DNA of 63,016 bases, filler included, from Globobulimina sp. (lineage: Eukaryota): NCBI GenBank assembly GCA_003354225.1. It is 50 parts of 50 records of this genome, joined end to end, with 100 filler letters (N's around TTAATTAATTAA, not from the genome) between each part and the next. Parts side by side here need not be neighbours in the genome. Positions count along the whole stretch, not along the records: positions 12,631 to 13,793 come from PIVH01021935.1; positions 13,894 to 15,056 come from PIVH01021936.1; positions 15,157 to 16,319 come from PIVH01021937.1; positions 16,420 to 17,582 come from PIVH01021938.1; positions 17,683 to 18,845 come from PIVH01021939.1; positions 18,946 to 20,108 come from PIVH01021940.1; positions 20,209 to 21,371 come from PIVH01021941.1; positions 21,472 to 22,634 come from PIVH01021942.1; 42 more parts are not named here. The stretch is one strand, 5' to 3'. Below are positions 12,757 to 25,260 of the stretch, piece after piece (within the stretch, counting starts at the first letter, position 1; each line of letters opens with the position of its first letter). The notes under the pieces were generated by a model. The model made no database searches and was not told where the DNA came from. It worked only from the letters and a program-made list of their open reading frames with translations. A program made the translations under genes and the position numbers.

Positions 12757-13703
12757 CTACGTCTTCAAACTAATATTTATTATTTGAAAGTTATTAAATC
12801 GTACTTGGACTTTATCATTAAATGGTAAAAGTACCCATTCATCAAAGATATCATTCCCCCAATCAATTGGTATTCCAATGACTAATCCACATTTAAAATG
12901 GGACCAAAAATGTTTATATTCCATTATGGCACGACAGGATGTTAAAGCTTGATACTTTCCACATCCGACCCACAATGATATCTCGTTAAAGATCGATAAT
13001 TTTTTATTATTTTCTTCTTCAATGAATCGATAATATGCTTCATGATAAATGGTTGAATATTCACTGTTTTCATTAGTTACTATATCAACAAACATCGGAT
13101 AACATTTCAAAATTAATATATTCAAATAATTATTCACTATCTCGTCCATTACATATGAACATTCATTGTCTTTATTCTGTTCAAAATATTTTAATATATC
13201 CTTACATAACATCAATGTCGTTATGTCATTCAAATTCAATTCAATGTCATATTCTCTTTGTAATACACGATAAAAATCACAGTTGTTTCGAAAGTATTTT
13301 ACATCCAATTGCAGCTTTTCTACCCTTTCCCGATCGATGTCTAATATCTGTTGAACCAACTCATTCTCATAAAATAATTCATCATTACCCACAGGGATAA
13401 TATCTGGTATTCTGCAGCAAATATCTCTCAATGTTTGAGTAAATAATAAACAATCATTTTCTGTCCAATTTGTAATATTTTCATTCATATGGTCTGCAAT
13501 GGCACTCTCATCATAATCTTCCAAATCCTCATAGATATTGCTGGATTTGTACTAAATATACAAATATTTTTAAAATAGGTTCACGTACATATACAATATG
13601 TAACATATATTAATTTAACTTCTTGTTCCGTACAAAAATCCACAAAAACAGCAATTTCTTCTTTACCAAAGTGCGTTGATAGACATTTAGAAACAACATT
13701 CAT
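12757..13703 (-). CDS. Uncharacterised intron-containing protein
   Basis: ATG at 13703, a GT-AG intron at about 13552-13619, then a long open exon; the 3' end is probably spliced further. Confidence 0.55.
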
Positions 13704-13894
13704 TGCCAGTGTGTCTTATCCGAATTGCGTGTTTATTTACAGAGATAAATAATATTAACTGTTTTCATAAATGTGTACATTAAATAATACATANNNNNNN
13801 NNNNNNNNNNNNNNNNNNNNNNNNNNNNNNNNNNNNNTTAATTAATTAANNNNNNNNNNNNNNNNNNNNNNNNNNNNNNNNNNNNNNNNNNNNC

Positions 13895-14533
13895 ATGCCG
13901 ATCTTGCAGAGCATCCCGCAATTTCCAAACTTATTCAATGTGAATGTGAGCCATAATCATGGCTTACCGCCGCTTTTATTGAATAATTTATTTACGATTC
14001 AGACGCCACCGACGAAGAAAATGCGCTTCGATCAACAAATCCGTATGTTTGGTGCACCGGTTTTCTGTACTTTTTTACTGATTGCGTTTGTATGTACTTT
14101 AGGTAAACAATGCAGAGTCAATGATTCAGGCAAAGAACAATTTGAGTTTTTATCCCTTTTGTGCAAAGCCGCAGATATTCACAAAGGGTGTATGAAATGT
14201 GCAGTAATGGCGGACGAGGAAGACAATGACAACATAGAATCATCGTTACCGTCGTTATCGACTTATAATGGCTCAATAAATAGCACCTCATCCAATGTGT
14301 CGCCGTCCACATTTAATGACGATAGCAATGGCGCTGTGGTTAATTCGTTATCATTGCCAAAATTACCAATAATTTTCCCAAACTTTAATGATTCTCAAGC
14401 GATAATTACTAACAATGTACCATTTACATTTGATTTAAATCAATTATGTTCATCAAATAATAAAACAAATACAAGCCAAGTAATTACGACGGCGATCCCT
14501 TCGTTGCCGACATCTGCATTTAATATCAATTAA
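13895..14533 (+). CDS. Low-complexity N/S-rich protein C-terminus; probable intron at about 14043-14102
   Basis: Open frame, NLS-like PTKKMR, GTATGT...TTTAG segment, long AT-rich 3' region. Confidence 0.5.
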   Translation: MPILQSIPQFPNLFNVNVSHNHGLPPLLLNNLFTIQTPPTKKMRFDQQIRMFGAPVFCTFLLIAFVCTLGKQCRVNDSGKEQFEFLSLLCKAADIHKGCMKCAVMADEEDNDNIESSLPSLSTYNGSINSTSSNVSPSTFNDDSNGAVVNSLSLPKLPIIFPNFNDSQAIITNNVPFTFDLNQLCSSNNKTNTSQVITTAIPSLPTSAFNIN

Positions 14534-15251
14534 AGTGCTAAAAGTACAGAAATGTTATAAACATTTATCGCAAACTTGTTTCTGTGTATGGAATTTTCTA
14601 AATATTCTGCAAAAACACCAAAAAAACAAAAAAAAATCGAGAAATTGGGAATCGAATTTCATGCAAATATTTTATTATTTATTGATGTATTTTTAATCAT
14701 TATTTGTTGAACTCGTAAGAGCATTTACCGTGTTTTTAGAAGTCGAGGAATAATGATTATTTATTTTATGTTATTCGGGAAAGGGAAATAAAAAAATGGT
14801 TTGTTTCATTAACAATTTGAAATCAATTATTTACTATTATATAATTTTTGTGTTATTTATAAAACTAAGATTGTTTTTGTTACCCATTTCAAAATTTTTT
14901 GCATGATTTTATTTCTTTTTTTTTCTTAAATTCTGTTTTTTGCAGTCATTGACAAGACATTTTATAATATTTTTTTTATCTTTTTCTTTTTGTATGCATT
15001 ATAATTTAAACCCCTTCTTATAATATTTTCATCCTTTTTTTGTTTACAAAAATCATNNNNNNNNNNNNNNNNNNNNNNNNNNNNNNNNNNNNNNNNNNNN
15101 TTAATTAATTAANNNNNNNNNNNNNNNNNNNNNNNNNNNNNNNNNNNNNNNNNNNNTCAATTCAATAATTAATTAATTATCCAAATGCAATATTTTTTTT
15201 GAGGATAAATGTACGTTTTTTAAAAAAACTTGCAGTTAAAATGAAGATTAA

Positions 15252-16319
15252 ATGATGCTTGTCTCAAGATTAGTATTATTCACAGTATTATTATCATTTG
15301 TAACCTTTGTACAAAGTCAATTCGAATGTAATAATGTATTTACAACCGATGGTTCTTATTCTATTATATTGAAACCATCGTCCTCGCTTTCAAGTACATC
15401 AACAATCATCAAATGCGATTCCTCATTGAGACCAGATCTTTGCACAGCAACATTAACCATCCATGAATCATTACGAGTGTCCATACCGCCTCTATCAGAT
15501 TTTACAGATGCAAATATTCGATACGATGTCAGATATATCGATGAAACAGTAGCCAATATTGATGAATATTATTCCAACGTACTTTCAGAATTAACTTGCT
15601 ATGATGCCATCACAAATACAACCATCACTGCAACATTAGGCACGCACCGTTTTTTGCATACATCGACCGTTGAATCACCGAGAGAATCTTACTTAGACAC
15701 CATACCAAGCCTAATAGCAACGCAATGTGCAGATAAAGCAATGACAGTACTATTTAATGTCAACGATAAACAAAAACCATTTACAACCATTCAAATATCT
15801 GATATTTGTATTCAGAAATCAAGAAATGAGCTTTTAATATGGATATATGTCATATCATCGTCGCTCGGTGTTGTAATATTATTACTCATTGCCTCCATTA
15901 CTAAATATATAGTGCATGACAAGAACAATATTAATAAAACTGCGGAAAAACATACAAGCGCTCATATTGAATTGCAAACGTTACATACATATACAGTCGA
16001 ATTTAATCAGTCGAACTTCGGCATGACATTAGAAAATGTTGATAATGGTTCCAATGTAACGGTGTCCGGCATTGAGCCGACTTCCTTGGCAGAGCTGAAT
16101 GGCATTAAACGAGGCTCTAAAATTGTAAGCATCAATGATATACATGTACTGGATACCAATGCAGAAGAAATTAAAATTATATTACAACAGCAAAGTGCGA
16201 CATTACCTGTAAGTATTACCTTTGCTGATTTTGTTGCTATCAATGCTAAAAAACAGAATTCGAAACAAAATTATCGTTTTGCATTGATCAGGATGGTAAT
16301 ATTTAATTTTATGTTTTTT
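15252..16319 (+). CDS. Signal peptide + ectodomain + TM + PDZ domain + further TM; membrane protein, 3' partial
   Basis: PDZ signature FGMTL...VTVSGIEPTSLAELNGIKRGSKIVSIND between two hydrophobic helices. Confidence 0.75.
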
Positions 16320-16855
16320 NNNNNNNNNNNNNNNNNNNNNNNNNNNNNNNNNNNNNNNNNNNNTTAATTAATTAANNNNNNNNNNNNNNNNNNNNNNNNN
16401 NNNNNNNNNNNNNNNNNNNATCCACATCCCCATCAACCTCATCACCACCGCTTCCACCATTCACCCCAACGCCACCCAAATCCACCGCCTCATCCACCAC
16501 CATCACCTCCACAATTCACCCAAACGCCAGGCAAATCCATCCATCTATAATACATTTCGATGATATCGAAGTGTCGACGACATGATAAAAGATTAAAAAA
16601 GGAAAGTTTTTAACCCACTTAGTTAAGTACATCCATCTCATGCCTTGTTTTCCAGATATTCCAATTCGTCCAATATCGATGACTAAGTTATCATTGAATT
16701 ATTATGGATGGATTTATTAGATTTTTTTTGTTTTGTTTTGTGTTTTGTATTTTTTTCCCATGAAACTAATCAAAAGACTCGAAACCATAAATATTTTTAA
16801 TATTCACTGTAATGATAAAATTCACTGTATGGTCATTTTTTTAGGTAAAACATTG

Positions 16856-17003
16856 TATCACAAGTCAGTAAAATCGTGCTTATCTGGAAACGTGTTTGTA
16901 AAAACAAAGTTTTTCACCTCGGGGCGCCCAGGACGCGCCCCCTTGGTGAAAAACTTTGTTTTTACAAACACGTTTCCAGGCACGATTTTACTGACTTGTG
17001 ATA
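16856..17003. mobile_element. Palindromic MITE-like hairpin element (148 bp) bounded by TA
   Basis: Arms TATCACAAGTCAGTAAAATCGTGC...TTTTTCACC and GGTGAAAAA...GCACGATTTTACTGACTTGTGATA are near-perfect complements; GC-rich inner stem. Confidence 0.8.
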
Positions 17004-17682
17004 AAATACTATTATCACAAACGCCCAATCATCCAAAAGTTTAGTATAATTTTCAAAAGCACAATAACAACATATGCATGTAAACCGCCACTATATTGTT
17101 GTTTCAGCAGCAACACATACTTCAACATTTGAAAAAGACGAAGAACCACCATTATGGGTTGATATTTTATTTATATTTTTTACATTATTATTGCATATAA
17201 TCTATGCTGCCAAACTTATTGATTATTCTTTATCTCATTTACAATCTGAAATACATTCAAAAGAAGACATTATACAAATCACAGATGATTTCTGTTATGA
17301 ACAACTCCCTCATTATACGACCAAATCACATTACGACACCGAGTCAAAACCAATGAAATCCCCTTCATTTCTATGTTGCATTCGATGTTCACCAAAAATC
17401 TTTACATGGGAACGGACATTATATATCAGACAGTTTTTAAGGTACGTTCAGACTCCAGATCTCCATTCGTTTTTTTTGTAAATTTAAATCCGTGAATAAA
17501 AAACGACAGATTTTATATGACCATTTCCACGTTGATAGCAATGGTGTTTTATTTTGAGTTTCTCGGTAATTTGTTCCTGGAANNNNNNNNNNNNNNNNNN
17601 NNNNNNNNNNNNNNNNNNNNNNNNNNTTAATTAATTAANNNNNNNNNNNNNNNNNNNNNNNNNNNNNNNNNNNNNNNNNNNN

Positions 17683-18845
17683 GGTGAGTTATTCTCTTCA
17701 TTTTGTTGCAAAATATAAGACTCAATCTCCGCCATCTCGTCAATGGCCGCATTATTCGTAATGGCCATATCATTGGTGATTGGTGCTGCAGCAGTGCTGG
17801 TTTTTAATTTCTGTGCAGTTTTGAGTTTCATAGTTCTAAATCCTGATTTTGCAGACTTTGCTTTCGCCGCAGGTACAGGCGGTTGTTTGTCTTTTAGCAC
17901 AGTTTGAGCGGCAAATAGTTCCTTTGAGGACACCGGGCGTCGCTGTGGTTTGACTGGTTTAAAACTTTGGCCTCGTTGCTTAATTGATTGTTGCTCAGAT
18001 TGTTGCTTAAAACTTTGGCCTCGTTTATCTAAGTAATCGTCGAAGGCTTTGTCCCCAAATGGATTATACTCATCGACCTCAATATTATCCGTTTTGGATT
18101 TCCATAATGAAGCTAAATCTTCATCGTCCTCGATTTTTAATTCTGGCAACGCATCGAAATCATCTTCAATCACTTCTTTCTGTTCGGATTCTGTGTATCA
18201 ATCATATTCATAAAATAAATAAAAAGTAAAAACACTTTGCAAACCTTTATATTGTATATCCTTAGCCAGTACAGCTGCTTTTTTTGCATTGGCCGGTGCA
18301 CTTTGCAACGGTTGTTGTGGCGGCGTCGGTTGCTTTTCTCTGTGCGCCACCGGCTTGATCGGAGGCGATACATCATCTAATACTTCATTGGGGTTTGGAT
18401 TGACGCCCATCGCATATTGCGAGTGATACAAGTTCCATATTTTAATGGTGCCGTCCAAGCCCGTCGACACTAATTGTTTGTGGCCATCCAGCCATATCAT
18501 CTTCGTGATGCAGTCCGTGTGCGCGAAGAAAATGTTAAAGCAGACACCCACGGCATAAAACAGAGCAACATAGCCAGATATCCCCGCCACTGCCAAGGTG
18601 CCAATCGATTGGCAGTACGTCAACGCACTGAACTCCTTACACATAAAATCCACGGTCTTGTCAAACCATTTGCACTTTAAATACCAGGTTCGATCTTTGG
18701 TGGCCACATTCACCTTCTTTTTCTTCCTTTTCTTCTCTGCTTTTTTGCGTTTATTATCGTACCACGAATCATAATCTGCAAATTGCGTCTCATCGCCACC
18801 CAAATCCTCCTCCTCCGCCTCATTCATATCCACGCTGATATGCGT
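17683..18845 (-). CDS. WD40-repeat protein fragment with a low-complexity tail; one intron at about 18192-18244
   Basis: AHTDCITKMIWLDGHKQLVSTGLDGTIKIWN. Confidence 0.8.
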
Positions 18846-18945
18846 NNNNNNNNNNNNNNNNNNNNNNNNNNNNNNNNNNNNNNNNNNNNTTAATTAATTA
18901 ANNNNNNNNNNNNNNNNNNNNNNNNNNNNNNNNNNNNNNNNNNNN

Positions 18946-19708
18946 GGCTTTCCATGCCAATGACGTGCTCTACGGGGAGGACGAAAGCGACTCCCGTGCC
19001 TGGTTTGTTGAATTCGCCAGCAATTTCTGTAAAAGTTAATCCTTCTGCCTGACTTACGCTAAGGCCGAAATGACTGGCAAATTGGAGAATTACAATGGTG
19101 ACAAGATGGCGTCATATGGTAATAATGGGAGTGATATCATTCCATTGGGCACAGTGTTGTTAGCAGCCGGTGTTGATTTGGATGCTCTTTCCCAATATCC
19201 GCCGAATTTAGCAGACAATCAAACGAATGAAACTAATCGCCATGCTGGGATTGTTTTGTTTTTTGGCATTGATTATGACGGAACCTATAAACGGGCCATC
19301 ACATATAAATACACAGTGACCCAAGTGCCCAAAGCGGAGTATAAAGTGACCCGAAGTACGATGGTGAATTTTGGACGGAGGTTAATCACTGATACGCATG
19401 GAGTGAAGATATTTTTTGTATTTAGTGGGAATATTTGTCGGTTTGATTTCCAAACTCTGTTAATTCAGTTGGTGACTGGTTTGGGCTTATTAAGTGTTGC
19501 TACATTAAGTACGGATATCTTAATGATATATGCAATGCCGCTTAAAACTGCTTATGGTAAATATAAGTATAAAGAAACTGAACATCATGATGTTTTAAGG
19601 AGAAACCTTACTGAAAGAAACTTGGAAATTAGTCCAACAGATGCTTCGGTTAAAAATCAGTTTATAGCATCCAATGATAAAACTGATGATTATCGCTTGA
19701 TGGGGTGA
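18946..19708 (+). CDS. P2X receptor (ATP-gated cation channel family), C-terminal half
   Basis: RHAGIVL..IDY, RR...THGVKIFF..SG...RFDFQTLLIQLVTGLGLLSVATLSTD (TM2), C-terminal YxxxK. Confidence 0.88.
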
Positions 19709-19859
19709 ACATGAAGCAAATAGATCGAAATTAGTCTTTAAATTTTAAATTCACTTCTATAAATTTATTAGCGTTGTACAAGAAACGAAGTGGAAACATG
19801 TTTAATAATTTTGCACGTCTTATATCGAAACTGTACGTTGCAGCTTGCAAATCTGCAGT

Positions 19860-19915
19860 ACTGATTTTTTAAAAACTCTGTCAAGTAAGCACTGATTTTT
19901 TAAAAACTCTGTCAA
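19860..19915 (+). repeat. 25-bp direct repeat x2
   Basis: ACTGATTTTTTAAAAACTCTGTCAA at 19860-19884 and 19891-19915. Confidence 0.9.
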
Positions 19916-20208
19916 ACAGCTTTTTAAAAGAAGTCTTGCACTTTTTAAAAAATGCCAAAACAACAAGAAAAGGAAACAATCCAGAAAATGATTGGGTATA
20001 TATTTATTTAATGGAATTTGAGGAAGGAAAATAGGTTAATAATAAAATGTTAAAGGTAACATTTAACTTTTTGCTTTTCAGTTTGAAATTACTGTTTTTA
20101 CTGTAAACNNNNNNNNNNNNNNNNNNNNNNNNNNNNNNNNNNNNNNNNNNNNTTAATTAATTAANNNNNNNNNNNNNNNNNNNNNNNNNNNNNNNNNNNN
20201 NNNNNNNN

Positions 20209-20453
20209 TGAACATTTGTATGTTTCACCATTCCTGATTCTAATAAGGTGAAACCAGTTTGCATAAGAAATACGAAGCAGCCAGCTACGAGAACCCATAA
20301 AAAGTCTAAATCCATGGCAGTCCCATATACGCTTGCATCAAATATCGATGTGCCATTATCAATTGTGTATGGTGCAATTCCTCCTTTGGGACATATTGTT
20401 AATTCGGAGGAATCATCCATTGATAATCCGTAAAAACATGTTGGATCAGACAT
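20209..20453 (-). CDS. amt: Ammonium transporter (Amt/MEP), N-terminus
   Basis: DFLWVLVAGCFVFLMQTGFTLLESGMVK..NV is the Amt TM1 signature. Confidence 0.92.
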
Positions 20454-20643
20454 TATTGAATTAATTCGATTTCAGGTCGAATAAGATGTTCTTGAATTGG
20501 AAACTGTTTCAGGCTGTCATTAACTTGTCTGATACAAGAAAACACTTTAAATTTTTACTAAAAAAAAACATCATTCTTTCGTGTCAAAACTCAAAAGCGC
20601 TAAACAATGAATGCATTTCATACTTACTGCAGACCGAACACTC

Positions 20644-21273
20644 TCACGTTGGACGCGCAAAAGTAATGGTGATCAACATTTTTTCCTTATGTCTCGGCAC
20701 AAGTTGCCTGGAAGTACCCCACCAATCACACAACACATATTCATCCTGATCAGGCTGCATCTTCCGCACAATATCCTCATTTCCAACCACCGCACAACCA
20801 AACAATTCATCATTTTCATCCATAAAACCTATATCATCCATATCATCATCTTGTATACGCTTCGATACATATTTGCTTTTCACAATTTGTTTCAAACTGC
20901 GTGCCCTGCCATCAAGCCCTAACCGCACACTCCAATGCAATTTGTCCCTGGCAACATCGCTCAAACACAACAGATCCCCTCTCCGATGCAACACATCCAA
21001 GTCCTTATCCGTGTAGGAATAGCGGGCAACGTCATCCGTAGAAGCTCTCCGATAAACATCCTTTTCAGGCGGCAGCAATGTGATCACTCCGTCACATTCC
21101 AACGTCAACATAAACACAGTCACGCCGTCCAAGCCAGGTGTAATATGCGGGTCGAATTTAAAATAACTATCATCCCTATAATCAATACTGAAATCCCGCA
21201 CTGAGCCCAACTTATAATCTGCAATGCATAGAAACAGAAAATAAAAGGAAAATGCAATCAATTTCCATAACAT
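20644..21273 (-). CDS. Uncharacterised secreted protein, apparently complete and intronless
   Basis: 209-aa ORF with an N-terminal signal-peptide-like segment. Confidence 0.55.
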   Translation of the reverse strand: MLWKLIAFSFYFLFLCIADYKLGSVRDFSIDYRDDSYFKFDPHITPGLDGVTVFMLTLECDGVITLLPPEKDVYRRASTDDVARYSYTDKDLDVLHRRGDLLCLSDVARDKLHWSVRLGLDGRARSLKQIVKSKYVSKRIQDDDMDDIGFMDENDELFGCAVVGNEDIVRKMQPDQDEYVLCDWWGTSRQLVPRHKEKMLITITFARPT

Positions 21274-22007
21274 ACAGTAACATTACCTGGCAATTGTCTG
21301 ATTTTTGTCACTAACTCTTGATACACTTTGGGCAATGAGCTATAATCGAAAGTATGACCCGCTTTCCAGGGNNNNNNNNNNNNNNNNNNNNNNNNNNNNN
21401 NNNNNNNNNNNNNNNTTAATTAATTAANNNNNNNNNNNNNNNNNNNNNNNNNNNNNNNNNNNNNNNNNNNNGGCGCAGCTACGAGCCCCAATGCTTAGTT
21501 GCAGTGCCTCTGAGATCTGGTAGACCCGCGGTCCCTAGCGGCTCGATAGTTATTTGTGTATGATTTCGCAGATTGATCCGCAATCTCAAACGGCAGTTTC
21601 GATTAAAATACCGATTAAACTGTCCACGATGCCATCGTAATATATCCCAATCAATTGTATAATTTATCATTGTTTATGGTGTTAAATGCATGAATGGATA
21701 ACTGATTCTTGATTATAAATTGCAATCAATCCATCAAATAAATAACTATCTGCAAACTATACGTTTCTGTATCTGTTTTTAAATGGATATTGATTATACA
21801 TTTCTGATATCATTGTATACGTTCTTGATGACTTTGATTCTTTGTGATTGACAAATGTCGCGAAAATCGGTGGAATGGGTTCCTAGATGACGGGAGAAGT
21901 TGGTTATGGCGTTGATTGAAGATCGATTGTGAAGCATCTCAACAAAAGGGGAAAAAATTGAAGTTCCGAACATTTCCAAAACTTCACAACTGTGTTTTTA
22001 GAGGCAT

Positions 22008-22105
22008 ATTTATGAAACAGAGTGGTTTTAGAGGGACCATTTATGAAAAGCGTCCCTCTAAAACCAATCTGTTTCATAAATGGTCCCTCCAAAACCAATC
22101 TGTTT
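22008..22105. repeat. Hairpin (30-bp arms) built from tandem ~31-bp units; foldback/MITE remnant
   Basis: 22008-22037 is complementary to 22052-22081 (1 mismatch); extra unit at 22083-22105. Confidence 0.8.
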
Positions 22106-22734
22106 TGAATTAATCAAATAACTTATAGTATACACTCTGTCCCTCAATCAAATAACTTATAAATGATCACAATTTTCTATTATTTCGTCTTCTTAGTTCT
22201 ATTGGTTCCAGATTCAGCTCTACATTCCGTTCTTCTTCCAGTACTATTTTTGTTCTAGAACGGATTTTGGAACTGATGGTTCTAGAGGTTCTGGTTCGGG
22301 ATTTGTTCTGGTTACAGTGTTGAGCGGGCTACTTACTGTTGAGTGTGTTTGTTTTAAATATTGTAAAATCAAGCTCCATGCTTTGAGTTACTTTTTCAGT
22401 TTAAGTCGACTGTTAAAACCAGAACATGGAGCTTGTATCGAATGCTTTAAGCAAATTGCAAGATATGCATCCTTTATTCAAGATTGTTATTGGTACAGGT
22501 TGTATACTAACAATACGTCAAATTGGTTCCAAATTAAGTCGTATAGTCTTTTCAATTCCAAATGGAGTGTGTATTATATATATATATATATATATAATAT
22601 GTTGTTAATTGATTTTTGATTATAATTAGCCGGANNNNNNNNNNNNNNNNNNNNNNNNNNNNNNNNNNNNNNNNNNNNTTAATTAATTAANNNNNNNNNN
22701 NNNNNNNNNNNNNNNNNNNNNNNNNNNNNNNNNN

Positions 22735-22910
22735 GTTATGATATTTTTCGAATAACAAGTGGTTGCTACAAAAACGGTGTTGACATCAAGGAGAACAACG
22801 ATTTTTGTGAATCATCAGAAACTCCTGCACCAACACAAAAATCGGCAAGCATTCAATACAGCATAATTCATGTTATTCTATTTGCCTTTGCGTCAATATT
22901 TATTTTTTGA
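22735..22910 (+). CDS. C-terminus of a surface protein with a hydrophobic, GPI-signal-like end
   Basis: ...CESSETPAPTQKSASIQYSIIHVILFAFASIFIF*. Confidence 0.45.
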
Positions 22911-23412
22911 GTTTGTTAGTTTATGATTGTTTGTTATTAATATTAATACTTTAGAATTGATACACTGCGACGATTACGATGTATGAAATTAATTGTACAT
23001 GAAATTACTTGTACACATTAAAACAATACGCATATTGATAAATGACAATATCATCACATTTTGTTTTGGGTGCTTTGAATGCAAGGATCTATACAAACGG
23101 TAAACAAACACAAAATATATAAAAAAAAAAACATGAAGCTTCAGTTTAAATTGGCATAACGAATGCATGCTGTTTGATAAGTTTGCTGAATAAAATGAAA
23201 ACTTTTTGAACAGAAAAAAAATTTCAGCATTATCTGTCATTTATCGGAGAGCTTTATTTGTATATTTAGTAATTTCGGAAAAACCCTTGACTTAATTAAT
23301 ATTTTCGGAATAATGCGTTCCAATCAGGGAGCAAGTCCGAGTCCAGATCTACTTGCGATTATTACATAGTTGAAGATTTATGGTGACACTTATTATATTA
23401 AGTCATTTATAA

Positions 23413-23897
23413 TTAGTATGAGTCAGACTCATCCTCCTCCTCATCATCATAACTTTGAGTCAAAACATCGTTATAATCCATTTGTAAGAATCCTAAATCC
23501 TCTCTGGCCTCAGCGAACTCCCCTTCTTCCAATCCTTGAGCAACATAATGATGAACAAAACATTTATTTGGATGATATAATTTGTCATATTTTTTTGCAA
23601 TTCGATTAGTGAAAAACTGACCAATTCCTGTATTATTAGCAATCATAGTTACTTGTTTTTTTGCTGTTTTTGCAATATCATTTGCTAATATTGATGCACA
23701 ATTTGGGGTAAATTTTATTGTTGGTTTAGGGCTAACAAAATTAACCCAATTTATCTGTTTTGTATTAGTTAAAAATAACATTGCTTCATTTGCTTGATTT
23801 AAATATTTATTAATATCATTGCCTCGAAAATAAAAATCATTTGCTAAACATTTATCATTCATCGCATTATATCCTGGATACTCAATAAAGAAATTGC
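23413..23897 (-). CDS. Highly divergent alpha-tubulin (Retaria alpha2-type), C-terminal part
   Basis: IANNTGIGQFFTNRIAKKYDKLY...FVHHYVAQGLEEGEFAEAREDLGFLQMDY plus an acidic tail ending in Y. Confidence 0.88.
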
Positions 23898-23997
23898 NNN
23901 NNNNNNNNNNNNNNNNNNNNNNNNNNNNNNNNNNNNNNNNNTTAATTAATTAANNNNNNNNNNNNNNNNNNNNNNNNNNNNNNNNNNNNNNNNNNNN

Positions 23998-24902
23998 CGT
24001 GATGGCGTCGAATTATGCAAATTATTAAATGTCATTAAACCCGGTTTAATCGCACCGCGCAAATTTAAAAAATCCAAAGTTGTGTTCGTAGCACGTACCA
24101 ATATACAAATATTCATCGAAGGCTGTAAGAAATTGGGTATTCCTGAAACTGATTGCATTGAAACAAGGTTCAACAAAATATACTCAATCCCATCATACGC
24201 AAATTCGCAACCTCTAAATATAAAATATATAAACATGTAAACAGAGATTTATTCGATCAACAAAACTTAAATGACGTCGTCTTGAATTTATACGCTCTGT
24301 CCTCCATATCGCATAAACATAACTTTGGCGGGCCCTTCATAGGCAAGAAATATGCAGAGAAAAATAAGCGTAATTTCAGCCAAGAAGTCTTAAACAAATC
24401 CAAATCCGCCATCCCTCAGTTCGCCAAAGGTGGCATAGCGCACGCAAAGAGCAGCCAGGACGGATACGGCATTGTCAAGACCAAGAAAGAGATGCAAAAC
24501 CCCTCCACAGTGCAAGGGGTCTGGGCCAAAGGCTCGTATGCGGTGAATAAATCCGGCCAGGACGGCTATGGCATTGTGAAGACCGATAAGTCGATGCAGA
24601 ATCCGTCGCAGGTTCAAGGTGTATGGGCGCAGGGCTCCAATCTAAATACGAGTCAAGGGACGGACTCCTATGGTATTGTGAAGACGGATAAATCGATGCA
24701 AAACCCATCTCAAGTACAAGGTGTATGGGCGCAGGGCGCGAATCCTAATACGAGTCAAGGGACGGATGCGTATGGCATTGTCAAGACTGATAAATCAATG
24801 CAGAATCCGTCACAAGTACAAGGTGTATGGGCGCAAGGTGCGAATACAGTGGATAAAGGTGGCATGGATTCGTATGGCATTGTTAAAAAATCAGAGGATT
24901 GA
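23998..24902 (+). CDS. Calponin/transgelin-like actin-binding protein: CH domain + four 34-aa tandem repeats; intron 24168-24244
   Basis: RDGVELCKLLNVIKPG...NIQIFIEGCKKLGIP...DLFDQQNLNDVV, IGKKYAEKNKRNFS; repeat DxYGIVKTDKSMQNPSQVQGVWAQG. Confidence 0.9.
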
Positions 24903-25260
24903 CATCTTTTTTTTGATGTAATATATGTTTAATTATTATGTTTCTCCGTGTTTTTTTTTTTTTGATGTTTCATTTATTTTTTGCATGTTTTTTTGTGTTT
25001 AACTTGCTTATATTTTGTTAACTGTAAAGTTATTCAATTTTACTACGTACGCTATATTATTTAGTAGTCTTTTGTAGATTTCTTAAATTTTTTGAAGAAG
25101 ACATTTGGCGAATTTATTTATTATATTTTTTTATCATTCATAATTTTAACTGCTGTTTTCNNNNNNNNNNNNNNNNNNNNNNNNNNNNNNNNNNNNNNNN
25201 NNNNTTAATTAATTAANNNNNNNNNNNNNNNNNNNNNNNNNNNNNNNNNNNNNNNNNNNN

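Noticed and set aside
24460..24890. 102-bp periodic repeats as a CRISPR-like or other non-coding array
   Set aside because: Fully explained by protein repeats with synonymous variation
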